Part shown: positions 44,998 through 57,231 of the stretch, one piece after another | How positions within the stretch are numbered: position 1 is the first letter of the stretch | How the letters are laid out: every line of letters starts with the position of its first letter | Source: Octopus vulgaris | Taxonomy: Eukaryota | Assembly: GCA_951406725.2 (NCBI GenBank) | Contig: OX597831.1 | Location: forward strand, 21,762,001-21,826,000 | Direction: 5' to 3' | DNA: 64,000 nt | Translations under genes and position numbers: made by a program | Notes under the pieces: model-generated | The model's input: the letters and a program-made list of their open reading frames with translations, nothing else | Databases searched by the model: none | What the model was told of the DNA's origin: nothing

Positions 44998-45181
44998 TAA
45001 ACATGCAATAGATATACATATATATATATAGATATATATATATATATATATATACACAATATGTATATATAATGACACAGTTATACAGAAATATATGAAT
45101 ATATACATATATGGATATATATATTTATGTATGAATGTGTGTGTATATATATATATATACTTAATATACATATATAATATA

Positions 45182-45233
<52 letters not shown>

Positions 45234-45428
45234 GTATGTACGTGTTTGTACTATGTATGCAAGCATCTACCAAGAGTAAGTAGGAGGGAGAAGAAGAGAG
45301 ATTGATTCATCGACTGTTTGATGGATGTGTAGAGGGATCAATTTTTTAACGAACTAATATAGTTCTTAACTGAATGAACAATTTGGAATATACTTGTCTT
45401 CAGTCATGCATAATCCTATTAACTCATG

Positions 45429-45530
45429 ACCCTAACCCTAACCCTAACCCTAACCCTAACCCTAACCCTAACCCTAACCCTATGACCCTAACCCTAACCA
45501 TAACCCTAACCCTAACCCTAACCCTAACCA
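45429..45530. repeat. Interstitial telomere-type (CCCTAA)n = (TTAGGG)n tract, about 16 units
   Basis: Directly visible, with two variant units (TATGACCC, AACCAT). Confidence 0.9.
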
Positions 45531-45744
45531 TTTCAGTGGACCACATTTACCATCAATCCGAAGCGCTCATATTCTGTCTTCGTCGACCCTACTTATGTCT
45601 CAAGGCTCTAAAATCGCGGCTCTAAAAACGACAATTGCCAGGCAGACTAATCAGCGTCAGAGCTTCATAGCCGCAAATTGTACTGCTTAAAAATTCAAAC
45701 ATGCTACAGATATAAATACACATACATCCATATACATCCATATG

Positions 45745-45789
<45 letters not shown>

Positions 45790-45823
45790 GTATGTGTGTG
45801 TGTGTGTATGTATGTATATATAG

Positions 45824-45880
<57 letters not shown>

Positions 45881-46050
45881 TTATAAAATGAGATAGGGGT
45901 TGAAAATTCAACCCACCATGGGATAATATATATCCAATATACTGCTAGATAGGTACCCAACAAAAATAATACATAGATGTTAAAAATTGTCAAGCAATCA
46001 GTTCATCTATTGTATTAAATGGGTAAAGGTAATAATATTACCGTAAATTA

Positions 46051-46869
46051 ATACTACAAAATTAGAGAATGGAGAAACATACTTAAATCAGTAAAGCATC
46101 AACTATCCGATGATACTCAATCCATACTTTAATACACCATTACATATGAGTAAAGGCAATATATAAAATGAAATGAGATATACAGTAATAGTAAAAGTAA
46201 AAAGATAAAGAGATATAAGTAAAAAATTCCAAATATAATATGCAAATAAATCAAAACTGACAGCTGTTTCGGCAGTGAGGACAGTCATACCTCATTTAAC
46301 CTATAAGCCATAAAGGCAGGTATAAATGAGGCATTAACAAGGATGCCCCACGGCCTCTTCAGAGAATTAAATTAAATTTGTTATAATAGTGAAAAATATT
46401 ATATAATCATATACATATAAATATAAAAATATAAAAATGTAAAATATAAAAACTTATATATCATAATGCTACACTTATATAATATAATACACATTTGTAC
46501 AAAAAGGAAGGTAAACAGAACAATATAAAACAAAATATATAACAGTGTATATATTAATATTAATAAGTACCGATATTATACATATTTGGCTAATAGTTTT
46601 TTTTCTGCCTTTATGGCTTATAGGTTAAATGAGGTATGACTGTCCTCACTGCCGAAACAGCTGTCAGTTTTGATTTATTTGCATATTATATTTGGAATTT
46701 TTTACTTATATCTCTTTATCTTTTTACTTTTACTATTACTGTATATCTCATTTCATTTTATATATTGCCTTTACTCATATGTAATGGTGTATTAAAGTAT
46801 GGATTGAGTATCATCGGATAGTTGATGCTTTACTGATTTAAGTATGTTTCTCCATTCTCTAATTTTGTA

Positions 46870-46873
<4 letters not shown>
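46051..46873. repeat. Apparently perfect 269-bp inverted repeat (46051-46319 / 46605-46873) in a Penelope-like relic
   Basis: The arms read as reverse complements. The ORF track shows identical 61-aa translations at 46103-46288(-) and 46636-46821(+). Confidence 0.95.
46253..46367 (-). ncRNA. Type-I hammerhead ribozyme candidate with ~90-nt extended stem II
   Basis: CTGAAGA-GGC...ATGCCTCATTTA...TAAATGAGGTAT...GCC-GAAAC-AGCT-GTC. The core is intact with a GUC site and palindromic stem III, but stem I is weak. Confidence 0.65.
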
Positions 46874-46911
<38 letters not shown>

Positions 46912-47534
46912 TTATTCATATAAACATATACACATATATATGTTTATTCTACTTCCACATACAGAGACACATATATAAGTATTTACGTATCCACATACAC
47001 ACATTCATATGCATTTATCTATGTGCATATATATTTTTCACACATACGGGTCCGTATACAAACATCTATATTGCAGGTGTGTGTAATCGCACCTCATCAG
47101 GTACATCTAACTATTTACTCTTCCTCCTACACAATCATACGAACATATTTGTACCTGCTTACACGTAGCTATATTTTGGATTTACCTACGCCAGTGCATC
47201 TCCAGCTTACATATGTGTCTGGTGACAGTTGGATACCTAGAACGACCCACTTGCTTGGTTACATACGTAATCCGACGATAATCACAATACATACATTGGA
47301 TAGATTGGAATTACATAGATAGTTAGTACGTACTACTTCGATAAACAGTCTATAATAGTACATACAACGTTCGACAATAATCTCGATATATATTGTATGA
47401 GTTGGAGTTATATAGGCAATTAGTGCGTACTACTTGGATAGCCATTCTAGGATTGTATAGTCTGTCTATGAGAGTTACTGGGTTACAAAAGTCTCAGGCC
47501 TATAACATATATCATAGAGAACATGGCATATACC

Positions 47535-47589
<55 letters not shown>

Positions 47590-48281
47590 AAAGGAATTCC
47601 AACTCTGTCTGTTTTTTATGTTTTATTAATATTCTTATAATATTAATGTAGAATATAGAATATATAGTATATATAGTATATATAGTAGAATGAAATGAAG
47701 TATTGATTGTCTTATTGAATAGATGAACTATTGAATATCAAATATTAATATATAATATATACACATATACATACATATATACATAAATATATATATGTGT
47801 ATCTATCTATATATATATATGCGTGTGTGTGTGTGTCTTTTTGTTTATGTATGAATGTACGTTTACGTGGGTGCATGCTATTGTGCATCTGTACACAGAT
47901 GCCTACATAGGCGCACAATTGTGTGAGTTGGTGTATATGTTAGTACATCATTGTTAAACCCAAGTATGGAGAAATGTTGTCACCTGACTTATAATTGGTA
48001 TCGTGTGACGAATGATACGTCATTTTCATTTGGAATTGTCTGGACTTGAGAGACGAATTTTCTGAAACATGAGGGAACAATATCGCAAGCTTTCAGTTGA
48101 AGTTGTACATCATATAGAAATGCCTACAATTTATTACTGCCTCAGTGAATCCTGACAACAAATGAGCTGCGATAATTGTGTAATAAACCATGCAGCTAAA
48201 TGTTTATTTAATGTTTGTTTGACTATCGCTTTCGTTGTCGTTCTATAATGAAACCCACACACACGCACACACACACACATA

Positions 48282-48321
<40 letters not shown>

Positions 48322-49695
48322 CACACACACAAACAGACACTCACATAGAAACGTATATACACAAATATTATCAGCAATACATGTGTGCGTTTACTTTTAT
48401 ATATTATGTGTATATATGTGTGTATATAGATATATACATACATATACACGTATATACGTGTATAAACACACACATATATATACGTACTTATACACGCACA
48501 CTTGTGTATATCGTTACAGTTATAGAAACAAACATCAACACATAATTATACGGACATCGTTTATTCGACATAGATATAATGTCTTCTATTCTAACCAATG
48601 TTTTTTCTGCTCTAAAGCAAATGTCCTTTCTTATCCAATTTCATGAATATTTGGTTGCTATTCCTAGCAACAAATTAGCCACGTAGATTTACTTGCATTG
48701 TCTCAGGGCTACAAATCAATCTTAGCGATCCGCTAAAAGTTTAAATCTTTAACTCTTTGCCTGTCAGCGAACATATTATTAAATATATTCTTTATTTTTA
48801 AATATGAATAATGTGACAATGTAAGGGTGATTTTACTGTGTGGCTGTGTGGTAAAACGCTTGCTTCCGATCCACATCGTTTTGGGTTCGATCCGATAGCG
48901 TAGAACCTTGCTCAGGTGTCTTATTCTAGACACGAACCGACCAGAGCCTTGTGAACGAATTTGGTACACTTAAACTGAAAGAACCCTACTGTGTGAGTAT
49001 GTGTGTGTGTGTGTATGTGTATTTGTGTGTGTTATTATGTCTGTCCCTTGCAATGCTGATAACAGGTGTTGGTGTGTTTACATTTCCGTAACTTATCATT
49101 TCAGCAAAATAAACTATTCGGGACGTAAACACACCGACACCGGCTGTCAAGCGACGGTGACGGATAAAACAGCCACAAAAACACACGCACATATATTAAG
49201 GTGTCTGGGTAGAGTCATTCTCTTTTAGTGCCGTATTACTTAACACACATACATATCATACATACAGACACAGAGACACACACACACTCATACACACACA
49301 CGCACACATATATATAAATAAGGATAAGATCGATATTTAAATACCGATCTTATCAGGTGGCCAGCATGGGAATAAAAACCTTCAAAGGTAATACTTATTT
49401 AAAATTATAATTTAGGGGTATCTAAGGTATACCACTATGTTGGAAATAGCAGTGAAAATTTGACTTTAAAACGACATTAAATGTTTATACAGCATAGTTT
49501 CCACTGATGAAGGAAGAGCATTTCTTATGCAGAACCAGAGATCCGGGATCTGGAATTATCCAGTAATTTTTTTTACTAGTGTATTTTGTCTCTTTGTCTT
49601 CTCCCCTGGTGCTGTATGAACATTTAATGTGGTTTTAGAGTCAAGTTTAGTCTGCTATTTCCAGCGTGGTGGTATCTCTTAGATACCCAAAATTA

Positions 49696-49763
<68 letters not shown>

Positions 49764-50750
49764 CTTCTTTCAGTTTTCGTCTACCAATTCACTTGCAAGG
49801 ATTTGATCGGCCCGAGATACTTGTCCAAAGTGCCATGAACTTATATGTATCAATGTATGTATATATAATGTTAATGTTTGTTTTTATATGAAATTATATA
49901 TAACAGAATTAAATATGTACATACGTACACACATGCATACGTACGTACATACATACATACATACATACATACATACATACATACATACATACATACATAC
50001 ATACATACATGCATACATACGTTCGTACGTACGTGTACATCTGTATACATTGGTGCCATTGTGTTTTCAATCATAGATTACACGTACATTCTCTCTTTGT
50101 ATTCGTTTCCCCGCTACCAAAACCACCACCGAATCAATTTACCGGTTAACAGAGATATGGGTCTTCCGTAGATGCAATTACACGACTGCATAATTGCAGA
50201 CAGTTGCACACAAGTACGCACCATTACAAACTGGACTGTTCTGCCAAGAGAAAAAAATATTTAGTATTGATGGCTGCCAAAATATGCAAGTCTTGGCAAC
50301 AAAAATTCAGTGGTTTTTACATGATGCTTTTGGATTTTTTTTGCATTTCTGCTGTGTTTTTCTTTTTGCATACATGGTTGTTGGTGAATTATAAATATCA
50401 GGTCAGAATCTATTTCAGCCACTAACAGCGAAGGTTACTAGTTTGTAGGCTCCATGGAAGTTTTAGCGTCGTTGATAATCATTTACGTGTTTATTGACAA
50501 TGTTAACGCGTGAGTGACACTTCCGGTACCACGGCGGATATATATCAGGAAATTATAGTATTGATTGATTGTAGTTTCATTTCTTGATTATCAATTTATT
50601 TATTAATTTATCTTCATTGTTTATTTATTCATTCATATTTAGAGTTTTCTAGTGTAAATACCAGGTTGCGTTAGTAAATTCCTTCCTGTAGCACCTCGCG
50701 CAAGTGTCTTCTACTATAGCCTCGAGCTGACCACCACCTTTCGTATAGAT

Positions 50751-51900
50751 ATATTGGATAATTCCATGAATAATGCGGGTATTTTTATACTTCACTATTT
50801 TTCCAAATAAGATAAACAAAGTTCTTTTTTAATCTAAAATACACTCTCCCCATTTTCCACAATGCTCTTCATCTATCTTGTAGACTTTCCAGGCCCCTCT
50901 TCTAGAATTCTTTTGTCCGTGACGAAAAATGCTTCGCTAGTACTGTTCATCCGCGTCTACTGAATTCATATTTTTCCGTCCAAATGATTTCGAATACTGC
51001 GGAATAAATGATAATAAAATGGGGTAATGTCCGGCGAATATGGTGGGTGGGGTATCGTTTCCAATTCAAACTGCTCCGGCCTTTGGAATGTCACCGTTGC
51101 TGTAAGTGGCCGGGCATTATCCTGGTGGATGAACACCTTTTGTCTTGAAACCAAAGATGGCCGTTTCTTCTTCTAGTGCTGGCAGTAAATCTCCTTTGTC
51201 ATCGTTTGTTTTGGGTTTAAAAATTCACAGTAGACCAAACCATTCATATCCCACTAAACAGATAATAGTAATTTCATGGGTTAAGATCTTCTTTATCCTA
51301 GGGTACCGGTAATTCACCTTTCCATACTCACTGCCTTCGGCACTTGACATTTCTATAGAGAAGCCATTTCTCATCACCAAACACTATTCTTTCGAAAAAA
51401 AGGCTCATTCGTGAGACGTGACATCAAAGAAGAGAACACATTCACTCACTGCGTTCAATTAGAGTCGGGATGTTTGTGAGGAACCCATTGACCCAATTTA
51501 CTGACTTTTCCGATGGTCCGCATGTGTTGATGAATTGCTGAATGACCAAATCCAAGCTTCTCTGCTAGGTCGTCAACAGTTACGATGGGCTTTTGCTCCA
51601 CCAGAACTTGCAGCATTTCCTCGTCGAGCTCTACAGATCTTCCAGGACGAGGCTCGTCTTCTAGGCTGTAGTTTCCGGCCCGGAATTTCTGGAACCACCG
51701 TTGACACTGGCTTGCATTTATTGTCCGATTCCCATATACTGCATTAATATTCCGCACACTTTCCTTTGCGTTGTTGCATTTAATGGACTCATAAAGCAAA
51801 ATATGCCGAATATGCTCCTTTGTCACTTCCATTATAGCTTTGCAAAAATAACTGAGAAAATCGAACTGCACTCTTCAAAACTTGCACTGAGAATAAAGAC
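50751..51900 (-). mobile_element. Near full-length mariner transposase pseudogene
   Basis: ORF 51455-51871 gives MEVTKEHIRHILLYE...CQRWFQKFRAGNYSLEDEPRPGR...LGQWVPHK. ORF 50966-51154 gives HQDNARP...HPPYSPDITPFYYHLFRS. TIR-like TATTGGATAATTCCATGAATAATGCGG at 50752. Confidence 0.93.
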
Positions 51901-52012
51901 AATTGCTTGAACTAAAAGTCGCAGGGACGGGATAAACTACGTGTATCAACTTGCTATAACAGCTGAGTCTTACACGCACACACACACACATACATATATA
52001 TATATATGTATA

Positions 52013-52062
<50 letters not shown>

Positions 52063-53490
52063 AATGATGGAGGTGAGATTAGCACAGAATTAAGTCTAAG
52101 AAATTTCAAGAGGGAATTTAATAAAAATGAATTTAAAAATTACATTAAGAAAGTATTACAGGCTTCGATGAATCTCATCGCATCAAATATCAGTAAAACT
52201 TTATAAAAAATTTAAAGAAAAACGGTTTATCTTCTGTCTGGAATTGGGGAGGAACAAGACATGTTCTTGACCCCCCCCCCCCCAGATAGATCATAGAACA
52301 GAGTTCACCATAGGTAAACAACATCAGCGGCAAAATAATGACTAAATCAACAGAAAGGAGTGTATGTAATAACAGCCGAATGTTGTTCTGACGAAATAAT
52401 ATCGTATTAAAAGCGAAATATCATCTGGATGAAATAGTCCTAGATAGACCATGAGCGATAAAAGTAGGAATGTTCATTACTGGAAAAACGTTTTAATATA
52501 TTTTGCTCGATGATGTCTGCCTTGTTTTCAACTACTAATATTGACTAACAATGTTGTCAGTTGGCACGGCGCCTGAGAATTTCCTGGGATGGACACGCTT
52601 AATTGAATTGAGTTTATTTCATTAGACACCTCGCTAGAATCTGAATTCAAAGCGTAAAAGAACGTAAGTGAATACTGAAATGATTTTAATCCGGCCCCTT
52701 TTGCCCTCGCTGCATCGATAATTATGTCTCTGAATATAACCAGATTAGCAGCTTTATACTTTCTGGGACTTGAGGTAACTTTTTAGATTAATATTGGCGT
52801 AAAATTCACGGTTACAGCGGGGGCACGTAATAGGCAAGTCTGGACTCAGACAGATTTTTGCTTTCTATGTCGCGCTCTTGTCCTTAGCTTATCTGGTCTT
52901 TTCTTATTCTGAGTGCTATATTTTGGGCGATCATAGTACTATGACATAGTGAGTGATCTTACGTTATATGTTCTCAGGTAGACTGTTCCAAGTTATACTT
53001 AGGAGGGACATCAAGCTAGCAGAATAGTTACCAAGCCGGACAAAATTCTCAGCGGTATTTCATCCGAATTTACGTTCAGAGTTCAAATGCTGCCGGGGTC
53101 GAATTTGCCTTTTATTCTTTGGGTACCTATCTCTCCACACTGAAGACGGAGACTGGATTTACCTAATGTCCATATGCAACCACTACTAGTCGCATATCCT
53201 TGATCGTGTGCGTAGTCTATGTGCCAACAGTATTATGTAGCCTGAGCACCCAGAAACAGCTGTTGGATCTGTAATATCATATCAAGAGAATATATTATGT
53301 CTTGTTGTTTTTGTGCTCTGTGTAAATCTTCTCTGTTACTATATAAATATTCATATATTTACACATGGCTATTCAAATATTCTCCGACTTTGTTTCTCTC
53401 TATTTACATGTATATATGTATGTGTAATTTGTATAGTAGCATAAACGCTTTTATTTGTTTATTTGTATCATTATTTCCATATCTGCTCAT

Positions 53491-53540
<50 letters not shown>

Positions 53541-53578
53541 CGGCATACGTACACTTTTGTCCCACACCTCTCTCTCTA

Positions 53579-53880
53579 GAGGGCGCGTGGCTTAGTGGTT
53601 AGGGCATTCGGCTCATGATCGTAAGGTTGTGAGTTCGACATCCTTGAGCAAGACACTTTATTTCACGTTGCTCCAGTCCACTCAGCTGGCAAAAATGAGT
53701 TGTACTTGTATTTCAAAGGGTCAGCCTTGTCACTCTCTGTGTCACGCTGATTATCCCCGAGAACTACGTTAAGGGTACACGTGTCTGTGGAATGCTCAGC
53801 CATTTGCACGTTAATTTCACGAGCAAGCTGTTCCGTTGATCGTATCAGCTGGGACCCTCGTCGTCGTAACCGGCGGAGTC
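53579..53880 (+). mobile_element. SINE family C, full length
   Basis: GGCGCGTGGCTTAGTGGTTAGGGCATTCGGCTCATGATCG...CCTTGAGCAAGACAC...CCCTCGTCGTCGTAACCGGCGGAGT. Confidence 0.9.
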
Positions 53881-53934
53881 TTTAAAATCTCTCTCTCTAC
53901 ACACACACACATATATATACACATATATATAGTG

Positions 53935-54295
53935 TGTTTTGAATGGCACAACAATGCACTATAATAACAACAATGGACTATAATAACTATTATAATTTAA
54001 TCATCCATAGTCTAATGTAATGTTTCGGAATATAAAACTTCCTTCTTCAGATATCCCTAGGAATTGATCGAGTCACTGCTATAATCGGTTTTCCAACGTT
54101 TATTTTTTTCTCCGGAAGTGTCTCTGCAGTGGTCTCACGAAGCTCCTTCCGGAATTCCTCGATCAATTCCTAGGGATATCTGAAGAAGGAATTTTTGTAT
54201 TCCGAAATATCATATCAGACTATGGACGATTAAATTACAACAGTTATTAAAGTCCATTGTTTGTATTATAGGGCATTGTTGTGTCATTCAAAACA
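53935..54295. repeat. ~138-bp inverted repeat with a hammerhead motif in each arm
   Basis: 53935-54072 is the diverged reverse complement of 54158-54295. Confidence 0.9.
54175..54216 (+). ncRNA. Minimal hammerhead ribozyme candidate with intact core
   Basis: GATAT-CTGAAGA-A-GGAAT-TTTTGT-ATTCC-GAAA-TA-TC-ATATC: 5-bp stem I, 5-bp stem II, AUC site and a loop-less palindromic ATAT stem III. Confidence 0.7.
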
Positions 54296-54366
54296 TTTTA
54301 TTCTTTACAAACAATACACAATGCTTCAAGCGAACTACGATACTTTCCTATATACATATATGTATG

Positions 54367-54402
<36 letters not shown>

Positions 54403-54537
54403 AGACTATTGTAGTTTGCTACATACATGTATATATGCATGTATGTATGTATGTATGTATGTATGTACGTATATATATATCTTTCTGTCTTTATCTCTCA
54501 CTCGTTCTCTCTCTCTCTTTCTCCCCCTCTCTCTCTG

Positions 54538-54571
<34 letters not shown>

Positions 54572-55060
54572 ATTATAAATTTTCTTTAGAAAAGCATAGA
54601 AAGGATGGAAGTACTCGAGTCAAATCCGACACGCTAGACAAGTACAAGAGATACAGAGAAGTTCCACTCAGGAGACTACGATTGGTGTATACATATACGG
54701 ATTTAATATTATAGAATTGTCTAAAACATTCGGAATATAAAGATATAAAAATATAAGAATATATAATGAAAGTTAAAATTATGCAAGGACAAATTATTAA
54801 GAGGGCTGTTGGGAGTTTTGTATTTTTAAAATTTTTTAAAGATTATAACCAAGTGGCAATTTAACTTTGTACTATAGTACAACGATATAGTAGAACGTTG
54901 TACAATGATATATTGCCACTTGGTTATAATTTGAAAAATAAAGCACTCCCAACAGCTTTCTTAATAATTTTCATAACTTGTATGACACTTGTATAAAACA
55001 TAAATCAATACTTGCAGAACAATTGAATACATTTCTAGCGCAAATACTATTCTTTTCTTT

Positions 55061-55113
55061 TTCCCTGATGATGGGAACATTCCTTGAATGTACTCTAGAA
55101 ACGATTTTCGGAA
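55061..55113 (+). ncRNA. Hammerhead-like motif, partly degenerate
   Basis: TTCC-CTGATGA-TGGGAACATTC-CTT-GAATGTACTCTA-GAAA-CGATTT-TC-GGAA. Stem I is TTCC/GGAA and stem III is mismatched. Confidence 0.5.
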
Positions 55114-55449
55114 TACTTCATTTCCTTTAGATATGGTACCAAACACTCTTTTTAAACATCTATTATTTCTTCCATTCCATAATTTATTTTGAAGTTTTAA
55201 AAGAAATATCTTTCTATATTTCATTATTCTTCTCTATAATTTTATTTATACCCTGTCATATTTATATATCTATATATTTATTTGTCCCTGCATATTTTTA
55301 ACATTCAAATATATTTTTATATTTCTATATCTTTACATTCTGAATGTATTAATATATGTCTTAGACAATTCTATCATATTAATATTCGCATATTTATATA
55401 TATATATAGTCTATATATATATATATGGAACTTTTCTGTATATCTTATA

Positions 55450-55498
<49 letters not shown>

Positions 55499-55585
55499 AG
55501 AGTTTACGAAAAAAATAAGAGACGAAGACAGGTGGTGTACAAAACAAACAGATGTATTAGTATAACGCTCAGGTCAAAAGAAACG

Positions 55586-55623
55586 TCTTTTACGTTTCGA
55601 GCCTACGCTCTTCTACAGAAAGA
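55586..55623 (-). ncRNA. Minimal hammerhead-like motif with variant core CUGUAGAA, in a (TA)n-embedded element at 55497-55695
   Basis: TCTTT-CTGTAGA-A-GAGC-GTAG-GCTC-GAAA-CG-TA-AAAGA: 5-bp stem I, 4-bp stem II, GUA site. Confidence 0.6.
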
Positions 55624-55691
55624 TACACAGAAAAAAACAAGGAGAGAAACAAGGAGAGAAACAAATGTGTGTAGTGGCTAACGATCTATCA

Positions 55692-55757
<66 letters not shown>

Positions 55758-56013
55758 ATAAATAATATATAAATATATGCATATATACATACATATATGT
55801 ATATATACATGCATGTATGGGTACACAACTTCAAAAAACTTTCAACACACTGAGAAACGAAAACATAAAAACAAAAACATAGAAAACGAACTTTTTTTCG
55901 AATAACGTAAAAAACAAACAGCGAAACGAACGAGACATGCAACATGAAGAATATTCCCCTTCATCAGTTGTCCCTGTTTCATCTTCTCCGCGTTTTCGAA
56001 GGCAATATATATA

Positions 56014-56185
56014 TATTTCTTTACTGCCCACAAGGGGCTAAACATAGAGGGGTCAAACAAGGACAGACAAAGGGATTAAGTTGATTACATTAAACTCCAG
56101 TGCGCAACTGGTACTTAATTTATCGACCCCGAAAGGATGAAAGGCAAAGTCGACCTCGGCGGAATTTGAACTCAGAACGTAACGA
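56014..56185 (-). mobile_element. SINE family B copy, headless
   Basis: Reverse complement of the SINE-B body. Confidence 0.85.
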
Positions 56186-57159
56186 CAGAATATATAACAT
56201 AGATCATCTACTGATTGACCTGGAGACATCGCATCACCTGTTGTGGTATTTCCTCGAGTCATCAGATCCAAGGCACCACGCGATGGGACTGATCTCAAAG
56301 CCTAATGGTTACAAAGTGAGATTCTTAACCACAAAATCACGATTGTATTTGTTCTCTCCCATACTACTTAAAGTGTCCACCGCAAACCACTCCATCGTTC
56401 CGAGACGGCTGGCAGTGATATGAGGTAGACACGATGTTGCTATTCCTAGCGCGTCAAGTAACCGGCTAGTGGTACTTCCATTGTCTGGCCGTTCAAGCTA
56501 ATGGTTTCGGTATCTTCGCTATCGAATATACTTTTAGCCTTTTGTTATTGACGCTATAGGAGCTGTTGTGGCTGTTGCTGTTGTTCTTGTTGTCGATGTT
56601 ATTGTTGTTGTTGTTGCTTCTTCTCAGGCCTTTCTGTAGAATCAATCGCTATTAATATTGCGCCGTCTCCTCCGTTCTTTGATTTAAGACAAGAAATATG
56701 AGATTTGGCGACATTTATCATTGTCTCCTTCGTTCTCTTCCTCCCCTTCTTCTTCTTCTTCTTTCTGATTATTATTAATGTTGTTGTTTTGCCTCCTGGT
56801 GCTGCTGTTGCTCCTACAGCTGCTGCTGCTACCGTTGTTGTTGTTGTTACAACAATGCTTTATCTCCTGCCAGAAACAATAGAGCGCTTCGCTCAAATAT
56901 TAAGAAGCAAAACATTAAATCTACGCAGTCACCTAAAAGTAACAGTTAGACAACTAATATTAGTACTGCCTCTGTCTGTGTTTCTCTCTCCCTCTCCCTC
57001 TTATTCTCTCTGTCTGTCTATCTATCAATCTCTATATCTACCTATCTAGCTAATTATTTATGTATCTATCTCTGTCTAACTCTCTGTCTATTTATCTATC
57101 TGTCTATTTTTCTAATTCTCTGTGTATCATCTCTCTCTCTCTCTTTATCTACCTATGTT

Positions 57160-57231
<72 letters not shown>

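Noticed and set aside
45429-45530. True chromosome end
   Set aside because: The tract is short and flanked on both sides by ordinary sequence.
46103-46821. Two identical 61-aa hydrophobic ORFs, suggesting a duplicated small membrane protein or toxin-antisense pair
   Set aside because: Identity follows from the inverted duplication and hydrophobicity from T-richness. The paralog at 27.3-27.8 kb shows no matching ORF in the track.
49504-49565. CTGATGAAGG hammerhead start inside the 49403-49700 inverted repeat
   Set aside because: There is no correctly placed GAAA or stem II closure, so it is at most a decayed relic.
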